Part shown: positions 48,727-62,840 of the stretch, one piece after another
Position numbering within the stretch: position 1 is the first letter of the stretch
Layout: each line of letters begins with the position of its first letter
Source of the DNA: Octopus vulgaris
Taxonomy: Eukaryota
Direction: 5' to 3'
DNA: 64,000 nucleotides
NCBI GenBank assembly: GCA_951406725.2
Contig: OX597815.1
Coordinates: 57,474,001-57,538,000, forward strand
The notes under the pieces: model-generated
The model's input: only the letters and a program-made list of their open reading frames with translations
Databases searched by the model: none
What the model was told of the DNA's origin: nothing
Translations under genes and position numbers: made by a program

Positions 48727-49499
48727 GTAAGACAATTTCTCATTTTTTCTCTTTCATTTATTTTCTTCAGTTCATGCATTTCACTCATTGACTATTCTAG
48801 AGTACTACCTTCAAGATTATTTTAGTTGATTTTATTGACCTCTTCACTTACTTTCTTGATCTATGTCTATCAACCTGCATTGTGTAGTTAGTGTACAGTT
48901 GTGTATATGGGTGAGTATGATTAGTGCACAGTTGTGTACAGTTAATGTATAACTAGCATGCTATCAGTGTATGGTTACCATACAGTTAGTTATGGTTAAA
49001 GTACTTTCCTGCATGAGATTTCTCTTTCATCTGATTTCTGTCATGAAGTCGGAACAGAGTACCAGTTGTTGAAAGATTCATGGTCAGGTACTAGAAAACA
49101 TTTTAAAACCAATTCTTTTTCTCATTGTCTCAATATTTCAAAGTGTTCATAATTATTTGTAATTATTTGATAACAGCAGTTAATCCAAAGCTGCAGCTGT
49201 GGAAGTTAGCATGATATTAACTCCAGTTGATTCCATGTATTGATAGTAAAGATATTTAACATTCCAATGTCTCGGTAATTTATCTCACTATAAATATAGC
49301 CAGTTTATTGGAGAGCTAGACACATTTCGTCCTTCTAAGTAGAAGTACTGCATAATTAATGAGGGTTTCAAACCCTAACAGAAATCTATCTTAGACAGAT
49401 TTTGATTACTTGAATCAAATGATCTATGTGTGTGTGTGAGACTTTCATGACTTTCTTGAACTGTGGGAGTGTGTGTATGGTGTAGTGTGTTGGCAAGGT

Positions 49500-52400
49500 C
49501 TCTTGATAATGTCAAGCTGACACATGTTGCTCTTATTGATATCAACTAACCAGCTCTGATTTTTTCAGGTTTTTTCTTCATTTATGTCTTTTTATTCATT
49601 TTTTTACCAATTCAGTTGCATTGACTATTGTGGCTGTTTCTATAGGTCACTGACTATTATTATTCAACTTCACTCAGATTTGGTCTTCTTTGTGGTAGAA
49701 TTTACATGGGTAGCAGGTTACTACCTGTAACCTTAGATATCCACAAGCTTTCAGTAATCTTTCAAATGCATAAAATCCTCCTGATAATCTTTCCTGTTCC
49801 TAAGAGGCAAACTTTCTGTAGAAGCTCTTCAGGACAGTCCATTCCTGTCTCCTTCCTAATTACAGGCAAGACCTTAATAGTTTTCATGTTCTAAATTCTC
49901 ACAGTTTCAAATTTTAAGGGATTGTATATTTTTAATTTTTCATCTTCTTTCTTTACAATCCTAAAATCAGACATGATGGATCAGTCAGCAAGCAAATTCA
50001 CTTTTCCCTATATATTATTTTTATATCTGGTTTATCATTTTCTAGCTCCTTATCTGTTTGAATAGAAAATCCCATAAAATTTTGCATATTTTCCTTGAGC
50101 CAGCTTGAGACATTCTACATTCTTTCATTCCAAATTCCACATACTCTACATTTTGCTGACACCTTCTCCCCATTACACATATTTTTTCAAGTTGTTTATC
50201 TTTAACACGTAATCTTGAGGCTCTCTGTTTCTTTTTTCAGTTGCCCTTTTTTCAACCAAGTCCAGAACTTTGTTCTATATACTTCTTCAGTCACTTTCCA
50301 AAACTAACCATGCAAAGATTTTTCTTTAATGTGTTTAAAATACTTTCTTTAAATTTCATTCTTGCTCTTTTCTCCTATTCCACACTTGATCACCTGCTTC
50401 TTATTCACTATCTTCAGTAATTTCTCTCAGCTGTTCTATAAATATTCCTTTCAATCTGTCACACTCTTCCACAGCAATTAAACCTGTTCCACTCTGGTCT
50501 CTCAAGTACAACTGGTTGATATCAGTTTTTGGATGATGGGCTTCTTTCATAGTCAGCAGCTTTCTAGTTTTTCTGTCAAGTTTCTGTATGTTGTTTTTCG
50601 TCCAATCTACAATTCATGCTCCATTTTTTGCTTCAGTAACATTTTTTGAATTCAGCTTTTACTGTAATATTTTCCTTACTCCCCTTACTTGTAATTTGCT
50701 TCATCTCTTCATGTTTTATTTCATCTGCCTCCAATATTCCCAAATACTTACACTACTGTCCTTCTTCTACTGCTTTCATTGTTTGCCCATTTGGTATCCT
50801 TCAAATCTTTCTCATTTCATTATCAATATAGCACATTTTTCAATCCTGAATTCCAAACCTATATCATTTGAAAAACTGTGAGCAGTTTGTACTAGACTTT
50901 TCAGCTGCACCTCAGTTTATGCATAAAGCTTTATATCATCCATAAAAAGGAGATGATTTATCTGACCATACTCTTTTCCCAAATCATGAGCTATTTTAAC
51001 TTCTCATAACATCAAACTTAGTGATATCATGGCCAATACAAATAATAATGGACATAAGCCGTGAGGACCAAAGACTGGAGGTGTTTCGCGTTGCAAGACA
51101 GTGTGTGAGAGAGAATCGTGATGTGGTAGGAGAGAAATGTGTTCGCATGGAAGATGGTTCACTTGCGCTAAATGAGGATGCAAAGAGAGAGGTTTGGAGA
51201 CGCCACTATGAAAGGTTGCTGAATAAAGAAAATGAATGGGATAAAGAGAGTCTGCCGAATGTCGAACCAACAGAGGGACCTGCTATCTGAGTTGACAGTT
51301 CCTTGGTAGTTAAGGCAATTACAAGCATGAAGACAGGGAAAGCCCCAGGCCCATCAGGAATCATTGCAGAGATGCTCAAAATATCTGGTAGTGTCGGCTA
51401 TAGCCTAGTCACCCGTATAGTTAATCGGGTGATACATGACTGGTGTAGCAGCATAATAGTCAACTGCTACAAAGGTAAAGGTGATGCCCTAGATACAAAT
51501 AATTACAGAGGTATCAAGCTGTTGGATCAGGTAATGAAGGTTACGGAGAGGGTCATAGCCCAACTAATTAGAGAGAGAGAGTTAGCTTAGATGAGATGCA
51601 GTTTGGTTTCGTGCCAGGGAAAAGTACCACTGATGCTATATTCCTGGTAAGGCAGCTGCAGGAGAAATACCTAGCCAAAGACAAGCCCCAGTACCTGGCT
51701 TTTGTTGATGTGGAGAAAGCCTTCGACAGGGTCCCCCGATCCCTTATCTGGTGGTCAATGAGGAAACTAGGGATAGATGAATGGTTAGTGAGAGCTGTGC
51801 GAGCCATGTACAGGGACGCTGCTAGTAAGGTGAGGGTTGGCAACGAGTACAGTGAAGAATTTCGGGTAGTGGTAGGGGTCCACCAAGGCTCAGTCCTCAG
51901 CCCCCTCCTATTTATCATAGTCCTCCAGGCAATAACGGAGGAATTCAAGACAGGATGCCCCTGGGAGCTCATCTATACTGATGACCTTGCTCTAATTGCT
52001 GAGTCACTATCAGAACTGGAGAAGTTTCAGGTGTGGAAGCAAGGATTAGAATTGAAGCGCCTTAGAGTCAATCTAGCTAAAACCAAAGTCCTAATAAGTA
52101 GGAAGGTAGACAAATCACAAACGCCTTCAGGTAGATAGCCCTGCTCGATCTGTAGAAAAGGTGTAGGTAGAAACTCTATAAGATGCACCAAGTGTAAGCT
52201 ATGGACACATAAGAGGTGCAGCAATGTCAAAGGAAGGCTAACTAGGAAGATAGTTTTCGTATGTGGCAGATGCTCAGGAGCAATAAACACTGAAAATGCT
52301 CTAAGACTAACTTCTACCACGTTCCAGGGAGAAAAACTAGAAATAGTTGATAGCTTCCGTTACCTAGGTGACCAAGTCAGCTGCGGGGGCGAGTGTGCTG

Positions 52401-55400
52401 AAAGTATAACTGCTAGAGTAGGAATAGCTTGGGCAAAGTTCAGAGAGCTCTTACCTCTGCTGGTGACAAAAGGCCTCTCGCTCAGAGTAAAAGGCAGACT
52501 GCATGACGCGTGTGTACGAACAGCCATGCTACATGGCAGTGAAACATGGGCTGTGACTGCTGAGGATATGCGTAAGCTCGCAAGAAATGAAGCCAGTATG
52601 CTCCGATGGATGTGTAATGTCAGTATTCATACTCAACAGAGTGTAAGTACCTTGAGAGAAAAGCTGGACCTAAGAAGCATCAGATGTGGTGTGCAAGAGA
52701 GACGTTTGCGCTTGTATGGTCATGTGGCGAGAATGGATGAAGATAGTTGTGTGAAAAAGTGCAACACCCTAGCGGTTGAGGGAACCTGTGGAAGAGGCAG
52801 ACCCAGGAAAACCTGGGACGAGGTGGTGAAGCACGACCTTCGAACTTTAGGTCTCACTGAGGAAATGACTAGAGACCGAGACCTTTGGAAGTATGCTGTG
52901 CGTGAGAAGACCCAGCAGGACAAGTGAGACCATAACCCGTGGCCTTCTACATGGGATGTAGCCAGCCCACTTAAGCATACCTTCCCTTCTTGGGACACAA
53001 AACTCTACTTGTGAAGACCTGTTGAGGCAAGTGAGAATCGAAATCGATCAATGGAAATTGCAGCTGAGTTACCAGTGCCGGTGGCACGTAAGAGAACCAT
53101 CCGAATGTGGCCATTGCCAGTGCCGTCCCGACTGGCCTCGTGCCGGTGGCACGTAAAAAGCACCATCCGTTCGTGGCCGTTGCCAGCCTCGCCTGGCCCC
53201 CGTGCCGGTGGCACGTAAAAAGCGCCATCCGTTTGTGGCCATTTGCCAGACTCGTCTGGCACCACCATCCATTCGTGGCCGTTGCCAGCGCCGCCCCGAC
53301 TGGCCTCGTGCCAGTGGCACATAAAAAGCACCATCCGTTCATGGCCGTTGCCAGCCTCGCCTGGCCCCCATGCCAGTGGCACATAAAAAGCACCATCTGA
53401 TCATGGCCGTTTGCCAGACTTGTCTGGCACCTGTGCCGGTGGCACGTAAACAGCACCCACTACACTCATGGAGTGGTTGGCGTTAGGAAGGGCATCCAAC
53501 CATAGAAACATTGCCAGATCAAACTGGGCCTGGTGCAGCCTTCTGGCTTCCCAGACCCCAGTTGAACCGTCCAACCCGTGCTAGCATGGAAAGCGGACGC
53601 TAAACAATGATGATGATAAGCTATAACCACATCTGATACTTACTCTCCCAAGTCTTTGTTTTCCTCCTATCAATTTAGTATTCTAATGTTTCATACTTTC
53701 ATTGACCTTTCCTGCCACTCCAAACATTCTCATTGTTTTACTTATTCAATTGTGCGCCTACAATTTCTAATTATCATTTTATCAACTAATAATTAGTCTT
53801 TAGTTAACCTACTTTGCTCTATCCTTTCTGTCCCACTGGAAGTAAACTGTTACTTTCTAGGTGATTATATAACTTTTCCCCCAAGACACCTGTTATAAAC
53901 TTCCACACAAGTGGCAAAGAAGTTATAGGTCAAACAGCTGACAGCTATTTATCTTTTAAGGGCATCCTCAGGACATAACAACATTCATCCACTTGTCATC
54001 TAGGTCCCTGTTGTAACATATCCCTGTTGTAAGCATTCATCAAGATGTGCAGCAATCCTTTCATGCAACAGTTGCAAGTTGTCTCTCTACCTGTGTTAGT
54101 CACTCAGCACTTTCTTTGTGTCTCACTGGCCTGTTCCAATGTTCTCAAAATACTTTACTTTCTTCTGCATCAGGAATCACTTCCTGATGTTGATCCCCCT
54201 TTGTTTCCTCAAAAAGACATCTTCTATTTGATTGAAACAGTCTATTCTTTTCAAAACCTTTACACTTAGCATCACATCTTTTCATGTACAGTAATACCTC
54301 ACTTTACAAGGACCCACTTTATGAGGCCCTGGATTTATGAGTATTATTTTTCAGATCACTTTGACAATCGTGTCTGCAAGTGATTGTGTGCACGAGTCTA
54401 GTGCAAGTGAAAGTGATTCAGAAAACAATTATAAAATTATTTTTTATTATAAATAATCTTGACGTTCTTTTTATTTTATGTAAAATATTCTTTACACTCT
54501 ACTGTTGTTTTATTGCCATTTATTTACAAGCATTATAAATCTTATTGGTAAAATATTTTTCTGGAAATGAATTACAATTTATGATATTGCTACTGTGGGA
54601 AATTATTGCTCTGCTTTATGAGTTTTTGCTTTACAGTCACCAGGGACAAATCAAATTGTATATCAAGGTTTTACTGAACTTGTTTTGCAAGGTTTCTGAT
54701 GTGAAATCGTGTGTTGAAATAGATATTGTTATGTTTGAGGGTGGTCATATTTTTGTCAATTAACCACATGCACTATATACTTGGTTTTCACTTCAACTTT
54801 ATTATTATTCTTATTTTAGTGTCCTTTGTCTGAAATCTTTCATCACACATCCTACAACCTCTTCAGTGAGTCTCCATCCCATGCATCTCCTGTTCTGTTT
54901 AGTCCATTCTGTCTTTCTGTGGTTTCTTTTCAATTTGGCCTTTATGACAATTATTCATGTACTGTTTGCTTCCCCCTCTCTTCTAACCTGTATTGTTCAT
55001 TCAATTTTCTGATTACAGCCTCATTCTTGAGTTCTCCTCTCATTATCCTATTTCATTGCCCCTGTTCTTTCTGTATCTTTTCCAACTTCATTTGTATTCC
55101 CTTCCTCCAGTTTGGAGCTTTCTTTTCCTTTCCTTTCTTTTCTTCAGCTGTCTTCTGCTTGTACTGTATTATGTCAGCTACAATATTAGCAGTAGCTATA
55201 GTTAGCTGATTTGTTTCACTAATGTTCTCAGTTTTAAAGCAAACTCAAAATGCCATTTACTTTACCTGTGTCTCTCCTTACTTTTCCTCTGTGAAGTCTC
55301 CATCCCACCTTACATTTAGTGGCATTTCATTGTTCACACCAAACATTTTACCTTGCAACTTTTCTAGAAGCTCCCCTTCATCTTTCAAGTCTTGTTCAAC

Positions 55401-55800
55401 ATTTGTTGTCACCTGTCCAGCTAAATCACCTTCACTATTTACTTTTTCAGTGTTCTCAGGCACATAGTGATTTCCTTCTTTTCCATTTCTTCATCTCTTA
55501 GCCTTCCATTACCACTTTCTTTTACAGTTGTTTCACACTCTTACTGTTCATTTTATATTCTCTGAATTTCTTCAACTAATCCTATAATCCAATCATTTAT
55601 ATGAATTGCCCTTGCCTCGTCTGTTAATTGTTGGAAGGAAAATTCAAAAACTCTCTTTTCATCCCATATTCTCTTCATTCATTTTGTGAAACCTCTTCTA
55701 TTTAGCTTACTTCTCAGCCAACATTCAACCACAATCTTGTTTACCTCTCTTTCCCATTTCATTTTCCTCTCACTGCACTTTTGACTTTGATTTTGATCCT
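49500..55800 (-). mobile_element. Old near-full-length Dong/R4-like LINE in the DGKE intron, split by RTE copy 5
   Basis: Minus-strand remnants PITSLPLVWKFITG (~53900), INHLL/MDDIKLYA (~50940, frameshifted), HHPKTDINQLYL (~50520) and LQKVCLLGTGKIIRRIL (~49800). Confidence 0.7.
51057..53617 (+). mobile_element. RTE LINE copy 5, 5'-truncated
   Basis: RT with frameshifts and stops, longest 3' hairpin array, (GAT)n tail; ATAAGC at both junctions is a possible TSD. Confidence 0.95.
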
Positions 55801-56559
55801 GATTGATGACTTAATGACAGCCTGCCAAAGCTGCTTGATCAGAAAATGACTTACCTGCCACATGCAGCTCCCCCACTGTTAACAGTTCCAGTCCCATTGA
55901 CACAGTTATTATTATTACTTAAATATGCCATCACTCATTTTGATGTAGCATACATAAGGTTGTGCAATCACCAGTATTTTTATTGTGACACCATCACTAG
56001 GTGGATTGCCATCCAAGGCTCAATGAGTCCACAGCTACCCTCATATATGCTCTGCTGGATGGCTGTTGACTTCTATGAGTTTATCCACCCTTTGATGAGT
56101 CTTGTTTTTCTTCCTGCAGAGTATCCAACTATCACCCTCCTCACCAAGCACATTTAGTGGGTTTGCCAGTTTAGTCACTGAGAACCCAACTATTATTGTG
56201 TTTATTTTAAACCTAATTACAGCATACACTCACCAACACTGGAAGTTCACTCGATACTCCCTCCAGACCAACACAATAAGGCAAGTACAAAATATACAAC
56301 AGATAGTCCCCATCTTCACCAATTCCCTCCATTACTGCTTGGTCTTACACATTTAACTTCATTTTCATTATTTTTATTATCATTCTAGTTGTAATAATTA
56401 TTATTACCATGCTCATCACTACTACTCTCATTATTTTTACTAACATTACCATTTTTACTATCACTATCACTGCAATTTCACCATTACTATCACTATCATC
56501 TTTCCCACAGCCGCAATAAAAATTTCCAGTATAGGTGGCAGTGGTGGGATTGTGTGGGC

Positions 56560-58385
56560 ACATCACAGAAATGCAAGCAAGTTATTATAATTATTTTTGA
56601 GTAATCTTATTTTTATCATGTGCTTTCACTGCCCTACTGAGCACAGTTCTGTGTGCCTTCAATATGAGCTGTGGTTTGTTTTGATTTTGTTATTTTCACT
56701 GTATTGAAAGTACTTTATGTAAGATGAGCTCAATGCCTAGTAGTGCTATTTTCTGTATGTTACATGTATTCATAAGTCCTGGTGTTTGGTTATGTATTTG
56801 TATTTTTTTTGTTCATACCTAATGCACCTATTATTACGGGGATTATTTCTGTTTTTAGGCTCCACATTCAGGTTATCACTATTTCCAGATTTTTGTATTT
56901 TGAGTTTCTCTGTTTCTTTTAGAGATACATTGTCATCTGTTGGGATTGATACATTGATTAGAAAGCATTATTTTTTTTTAATGATCTCTGACAACTACAT
57001 CCAGCCTATTAGCCTTGATCTCTCTATCTGTGAATTGACATATCCCAGAGAATTGTTGCTTTGTCATTTTCTGTGATCTTTTCTGGGAGATGCATATACC
57101 ATCTTTTTTCTGTTGTCATTCCATAGTATTGACGTAGCTTCCAGTGTATATAGGTCCCAAGTATGCATATCTGTGGGTATATTCCTTCTTAGTCAGAACT
57201 GGGTAGTCAGAGACAATATGATTTATTGTTTCTTGCCCATCACCACATATTCTGCAATTATTTGTTGTATTTTTCTTCATTATATGCTTCTGATAGAGAG
57301 GCTTTGATCTTGTGCTGCAATTAAAAATCCTTCAGTCTTCGCCTTGAGTTTTGAGTTTCTCAATCATTGTTGGGATTTTATTTTGTTTATTTCTTTTCTG
57401 TTTAGCTTATCCCAATATTTGCCTTGTAAGGACTTTTCTTGTTATTGTTTTATCATGGTATTTTGTTGTCCCAGTTTTAGTTTAGACTAGCAGTATAACC
57501 CGGCCTTACCCAGGATTAAGTTACGATTATTAAGCTAATCAAGTTCTTTATTTCAAACCCAACTAAGTAATATCGACTCTCAACAAAACACTTTATTACT
57601 CGGCATAAAATAAAAACAAAACTCTTTTGCACCCAAAGTAATGTGTGTGAGAGAGGGGGAAGAAAGATGAACGATTTAAAATAAATATATTGTAATTGTT
57701 GTGTGAGAAAGTATATATACTATGATTATAAAATATAATGTCTTTCAAAAACATCCTGAATTTGAACACTATATCTCGTGTTTAAGAAAAAATAAAACAT
57801 TTTACATTTTATTTTTTATGAACGTCGTCACTTACTCTCTATCTCTCACTTTGTCTTTCCCTTTTTTTTGCTTAGACACCGTGAAACTCTCTTCCCCTTT
57901 TCTTTATCTTGTTTTTTTTGTTAGACACCGTCAAAAAGCTATGGCTGAAAATAGATTTTTATGAACGTCGTCACCTACTCTCTCTCACTTTGTCTTTCCC
58001 GTGAAACTCTCTGCCCCTCTTCCACTTTTCTTTATCTTGTTTTTTTGTTAGACACCGTCAAAAAGCTATGGCTGATATTTTTTATGGCTAAAAGTTATGG
58101 CTGAAAATAGAATTTCACCACTATCTGTGGGTGCCTCGGGAAAAAAATAAGTTGACAAAACCCAGATAGGATGTTGACGAATGTCCTCCTAAAATTTGAG
58201 CAACATGCGTGCTAATTTGTGGATGTGCATAAACTACAATCATGTACACACACATCTTGCCTTATATATATACAGATTTCAGGTGTTTTTTAGTTTTTGT
58301 TGTTTGTTCTCTTGCTTCATAGCTGTCATTTACTATGGCTTCTTGTATCATTCAGCTTCCTTAAATACAGAAGACAGAAAATATT
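56560..58385 (-). mobile_element. Dong/R4-like 3' fragment interrupted by a Helitron
   Basis: SLQGKYW...KLKAKTEGFLIAAQDQSL motif near 57300-57440 and IGALG-type motif near 56820; (TTA)n at 58382. Confidence 0.7.
57487..58276 (-). mobile_element. Non-autonomous Helitron with both termini
   Basis: Minus strand A|TCTGTATATATA...CCTGGGTAAGGCCGGG hairpin...CTAG|T; no TSD; internal ~140-bp duplication. Confidence 0.85.
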
Positions 58386-58439
58386 ATTATCATTATTATT
58401 ATTATTGAAGGAAGCTTTACTTCTTAGACTAACATTTTT

Positions 58440-58625
58440 GTGCACAATGATGTTGTTAAACCTCTGTTAATAACACCGTATGCAAGTCCTTTTCATTTTC
58501 TTTCATGCATGGATAAATTTTTCACTATAGACTTTAATGGCCATAAAGACACTATATCACTGGATAGACTAAAAAAGGCCTTCATAGAGAAAACTGTCCC
58601 TGTTCCCACTGCAGATGATACACAC
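58440..58625 (+). mobile_element. Gypsy integrase C-terminal fragment
   Basis: PYASPF...FTIDFNGHKDTISLDRLKKAF, homologous to PYKGPF...ETVSVDRLKRVY at ~4870-4980. Confidence 0.65.
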
Positions 58626-59339
58626 ACAGCCTGCACACCCACCTTCACATTCCATTACTACCATTGGGATCAATCAGGTACCGGACAAGGATTCTGGATT
58701 ATTTTCTTCCAGTTTTTTACTTAATCTTTGAGAGTATTCAGGTTCATTTTTAGTATTTTTGTTTGTCAGAGCAGTCGACTTTATTTCAGATATTCTCATT
58801 TTAAAAATCATCTCTGGCTAATCGTTAAGAAGACGTTGGTGTTGCCTTGGCGGAGGTTTGCACTCTCTAAGTGCTCTTCCTCCTCCTACCCCTCTTCTTC
58901 TTCTTCTTCTTCTTCTTCTTCTTCTTCTTCTTCTTCTTCTTCTTCTTCTCATTATTATTATATTATTATTATTATTGCAGTGAGTTGGCAGAACTTTTTG
59001 TGTGCTGGATGAAATGCTTAGCAGTATTTTGCCCATCGCTACATTCTAAGTTCAAATTCCACTGAGGTCGACTTTGCCTTTCATCCTTTCAGGGTCAATA
59101 AATTAAGTACCAGTGAAACACTGGAGTCGAGATAATCGACTCATTCCCCCACCCAAAACAGCTGCCCTTGTGGCAAAATCTGAAACCATTATCATCATCA
59201 TTTTTATTATTATTGTTGATGTTATTATTTTTGTTGTTGTTATTATTCTATGTTTGACTTTTGCTTTACATTTGTACAAGTTGACTCCAAGTCTTCTCAA
59301 GAGACAACAAGTTGGAAGTTCATGTTGGTTTTATGCCTA

Positions 59340-59590
59340 GGGTGCCATATATTTGGTTTTGTACTTAGTGTTGTACTAGTGAATGTCTAAAAAACCATAC
59401 AAAAATTATGTTTGTTTTAAAACTTGACATTACATAGAAAGTATTTTGTGTAGGATATGAGCAGTTCCCATGAGCACTATCTTTTGAATTTCTGCCATTT
59501 TGGGGTTTCCTGGTATCTGAGTTAGGTAGCAATCAGCCAATTTTGCTATCATTCCCAGGGCACCTATGACAACAGATATTATTTTAGTCT
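59340..59590 (-). mobile_element. Dong/R4-like extreme 3' fragment
   Basis: VVIGALGMI...EIQKIVLMGTAHILHKILSM, homologous to 36218-36370; abuts (TTA)n. Confidence 0.75.
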
Positions 59591-60767
59591 TATTATTATT
59601 ATTATTATTATAAGGGCGGTAAGCTGGCAGAATTGTTAGCATACTGGGCAAAATGCTTAGTGGTATTTCGTCCATCTTTCCATTCTGAGTTCAAATTCTG
59701 CCAAGATCAACTTTACCTTTTATCCTTTCAGGGTTGATAATATAAGTAGCATTGAACACTGGGGTCAATATAATCGATTATCCCCCCTCCCCCAAAGTTT
59801 CAGGCCTTGTAGAAAGGATTATTATTATTATCATTATGAATTATTATGAAGCTACATTGCCTTGTGGTTATGGTTTTGCACTCATGATTATGAGATTGTG
59901 GTTTCAATTCCTAGACTTGGTGGTGTGTTGTGTTCTTGAACAAAACATTTCATCTCATGTTACTCTGCGATCACTTTAACACCTCATGCATGGCACACCG
60001 TGCACCTGTTCAGACAACATCAATTTGATGGAGGGAGTGAGCTAATGAACAGCATATACAATTGATCACTATAAACAAATCTTTTGGGCAGGTTGTTCAG
60101 CAAAAAAGCTGAACACTCATATGTCATCTTTGATGGGAGAGTCCATCATTTTGAGTTAAGATTCTGCTGAGATTAGCTTTGCCTTTCATCCTTTCAGGGT
60201 TGATAAAATAAGTACCAGATGAGCACTGGGATGGATGTAATCAGCTTATCCCTCCACCAAAATTACTGACCTTATGCCAAAATTTGAACCATTATTAATA
60301 TTGTTATTATTGTTGTTATGGTGGTGGTGGTTAAGGTGGAAAGCTGGTCAGGCATGTCAGGCAAAAGGTGTAGCAGCTTTTCATTCATCTTTACTTTCAG
60401 AGTTTAAACTCTACCAATGTTGTCTTTGTCTTTCATCTGTTCAGGGTTAGTACTAATCAAGTACTGAGATCAATGTTATTGACTAGCTCTTGCCTCTCCC
60501 TTCAAAAACTACTAGCTCTGGGCCAAAATTTGAAAAGTGATGAGTAGACAGAATCATTAGTATGCCAGACAAAATGCTTAATGGTATTTTGTCTGTGTTT
60601 ACTTTCTGTGTTCAAATGATGCTGAGGTTGACTTTGCCTTTCATCCTTTTGGGGGTCAATAACATAAGTATCAGATGAGCACTGAGGCTGTAATCAACTT
60701 CCCTACTTCCCAGAAATTACTGTCTTTGTGCCAAAATTTGAAACCATTATTGTTGTTGTTGTTGTAG

Positions 60768-60911
60768 GTCATTGATATTTGTGATATTACACCAGAGCCT
60801 GCACTAAAGTGGTGTCACTTGCTCCCCAGTGTCACAATCCGGGTGTTGGTCTGTGGTGGCGATGGCACAATTGGATGGGTCTTAAATGCCATTGAGAGAC
60901 TTAGTCTACAG
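60768..60911 (+). CDS. DGKE: DGK epsilon-like exon (catalytic GGDG motif)
   Basis: TAG|GTC...CAG|GTAAGG, 144 bp, phase 0: VIDICDITPEPALKWCHLLPSVTIRVLVCGGDGTIGWVLNAIERLSLQ. Confidence 0.93.
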
Positions 60912-61310
60912 GTAAGGCATTTCTTTGACATCTTTCTACAACTTCACCATTTTCCCTGTTGTTCTCACTTATCACACCATTGTCATCATCAACATCATCA
61001 TTACCAACTTAATAATCATTACTGCAATTGCTATCATCCCTCATTGTTAGTATTGTTATTATTATTATTATTAAGGTAGTGAGCTGGCAGAATTGTTAGT
61101 TTGCTGGGCAAAATGCTTAGTGGCATTTTGTCTGTTATGTTCTGAATTCAAATTTTGCTGAGGTCGAATCTACCTTTCAGCTTTCAGAGTCAATAAAATA
61201 AGTACCAATTGAGCACTGAGGATAATGTAATTGACTAGCCCCGCCCCCAAATCCAGGCAGGCCTTGTGCCTATAGTAGAAAGGATTATTATTATTATTAA
61301 TGACAATAAT

Positions 61311-61339
<29 letters not shown>

Positions 61340-61347
<8 letters not shown>

Positions 61348-62840
61348 GTATTATAAGCATGGAGGTAGACAACATGTAAGAAAACTGCACAAATTGATCT
61401 GTTTGATCTGGGAAAATGGATCTGTTCCCCAACAGTTCAAAGATTTCAGGCTGAGAGAAATACAGTTGACAGGATTTTTACCCTTCAGCAACAAAAAACA
61501 CATGAGCAAAATACTGACTTGTACATGGCTTTTGTTGACTTGACCAAGGCCTTTGATACAGTGAATTGTGAGGCACTCTGGAAAATTTTGTCAAAAATTG
61601 GTCTTCCTGATAAAATGAAAAAGGTAATAGTTTTTCTGCACAAAGGAATGATGGCAACAGTGATATCTAGCAGTCACTGTTCAGAGGCATGCCACTGGAA
61701 CCAAACAGGGCTGTGTTTTAGCTCCTGTACTTTTTTCCATATTCTTTTCAGTGATGCTTCTACATGCTTTAGAGATTACCATGAAGGTGTAAAATTCTAG
61801 TTTCACACAGAAGGAGGTCTACTAAGTCTAAAAGGGCAAAGTTTTAGATCAAAGAAAAAGACCAAGGAAGAAATTCTATGTGACTTTTTGTTTGCTGATG
61901 ATTCTCTTAGAATTCTCATACATTTGAGGGAATTCAGGAAATAGTAACAAGTTTGTTGTTGCAGCTTGCACATTTGGACTGACTATCAGCATCAAGACTA
62001 TCAATATCAAGAAGAATAAAATTTTATTCCAACCAAAACATGGGGCAGAATATACTCAAGATTCAAATGTAATGATTGACAATAAGCCACTTAAATGGGT
62101 CAAGTCATTTAAATATCTTGGAAGTACAGTAGACTTTTAGGGTACTCTTGATGATAAAATCAGTGTTAGAATATCTAAGGCTACAAATGCTTTTGGATGA
62201 TTTTCCTATCGTTTGTGGGATGAACATGATGTCAATTTGTAAGCTAAAATAAATGTATATAAATCTTGTATTTTGAGCACACTCTTGTATGGGGCAGAAG
62301 CATGGACTCCCTACTACAGACATATAAATAAACTTGAAACCTTTCACATGTGCTGTCTACACAATATCTGCCACAAAAATGGCACAATAAGATATCAAAT
62401 GTCAAAATCTTAGAAAAATGTGATATCTTCAGTATCGAAAGCATGCTGCTGAGAATTCAGTGCAGATGGGTAGGACATATTTGAGTGAAAAATGACTGCA
62501 TTCTGAAAATTCTTTTGTATGACCAAGAAGTAGAGGTAGACTGCTGTAAAAGATGACACATCCTAAGATATAAGGATAAGTTGAAGCAATCACTAAGGTT
62601 TCTACAGCTTAATTTGACATCTTGTGGAAGTCATTGCCCAAATAAATCTACATAGTGTAAAATGTGTCATGATGCATCAAAACAATTTGAGACAAAGAAA
62701 CAAAAATATAAGAATTACATCCTGCTATCAACAGACATATTTGCCCAGGCAAAATCAAAGTCATCAGTGTCCCCATTGTGACTTCATAGCAAAATCCATA
62801 CCTGGATTCAAATTACATTCACCATCTATCGCAAATAGAT
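61340..62840 (+). mobile_element. Decayed BovB-like RTE fragment
   Basis: LYMAFVDLTKAFDTVN, LFADD, FKYLGS, LLYGAEAWT motifs and a terminal CPHC. Confidence 0.8.

Noticed and set aside
47998-48825. 275-aa ORF as a complete single-exon gene
   Set aside because: Both ends run into intron sequence; splice signals limit coding to 48046-48726 and the kinase continues in downstream exons.
53070-53460. CRISPR-like look of palindromic repeats with spacers (also 7931-8220)
   Set aside because: The spacers are homologous to each other, the arrays are part of LINE 3' UTRs, there are no cas genes, and the context is eukaryotic.
54289-54345. Possible pogo/Tigger-type TIR (TA CAGTAATACCTC)
   Set aside because: No matching right TIR or transposase found; too weak to call.
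58818-59065. Poly-Arg, poly-Phe and poly-Ser ORFs
   Set aside because: Translations of a (CTT)n microsatellite.
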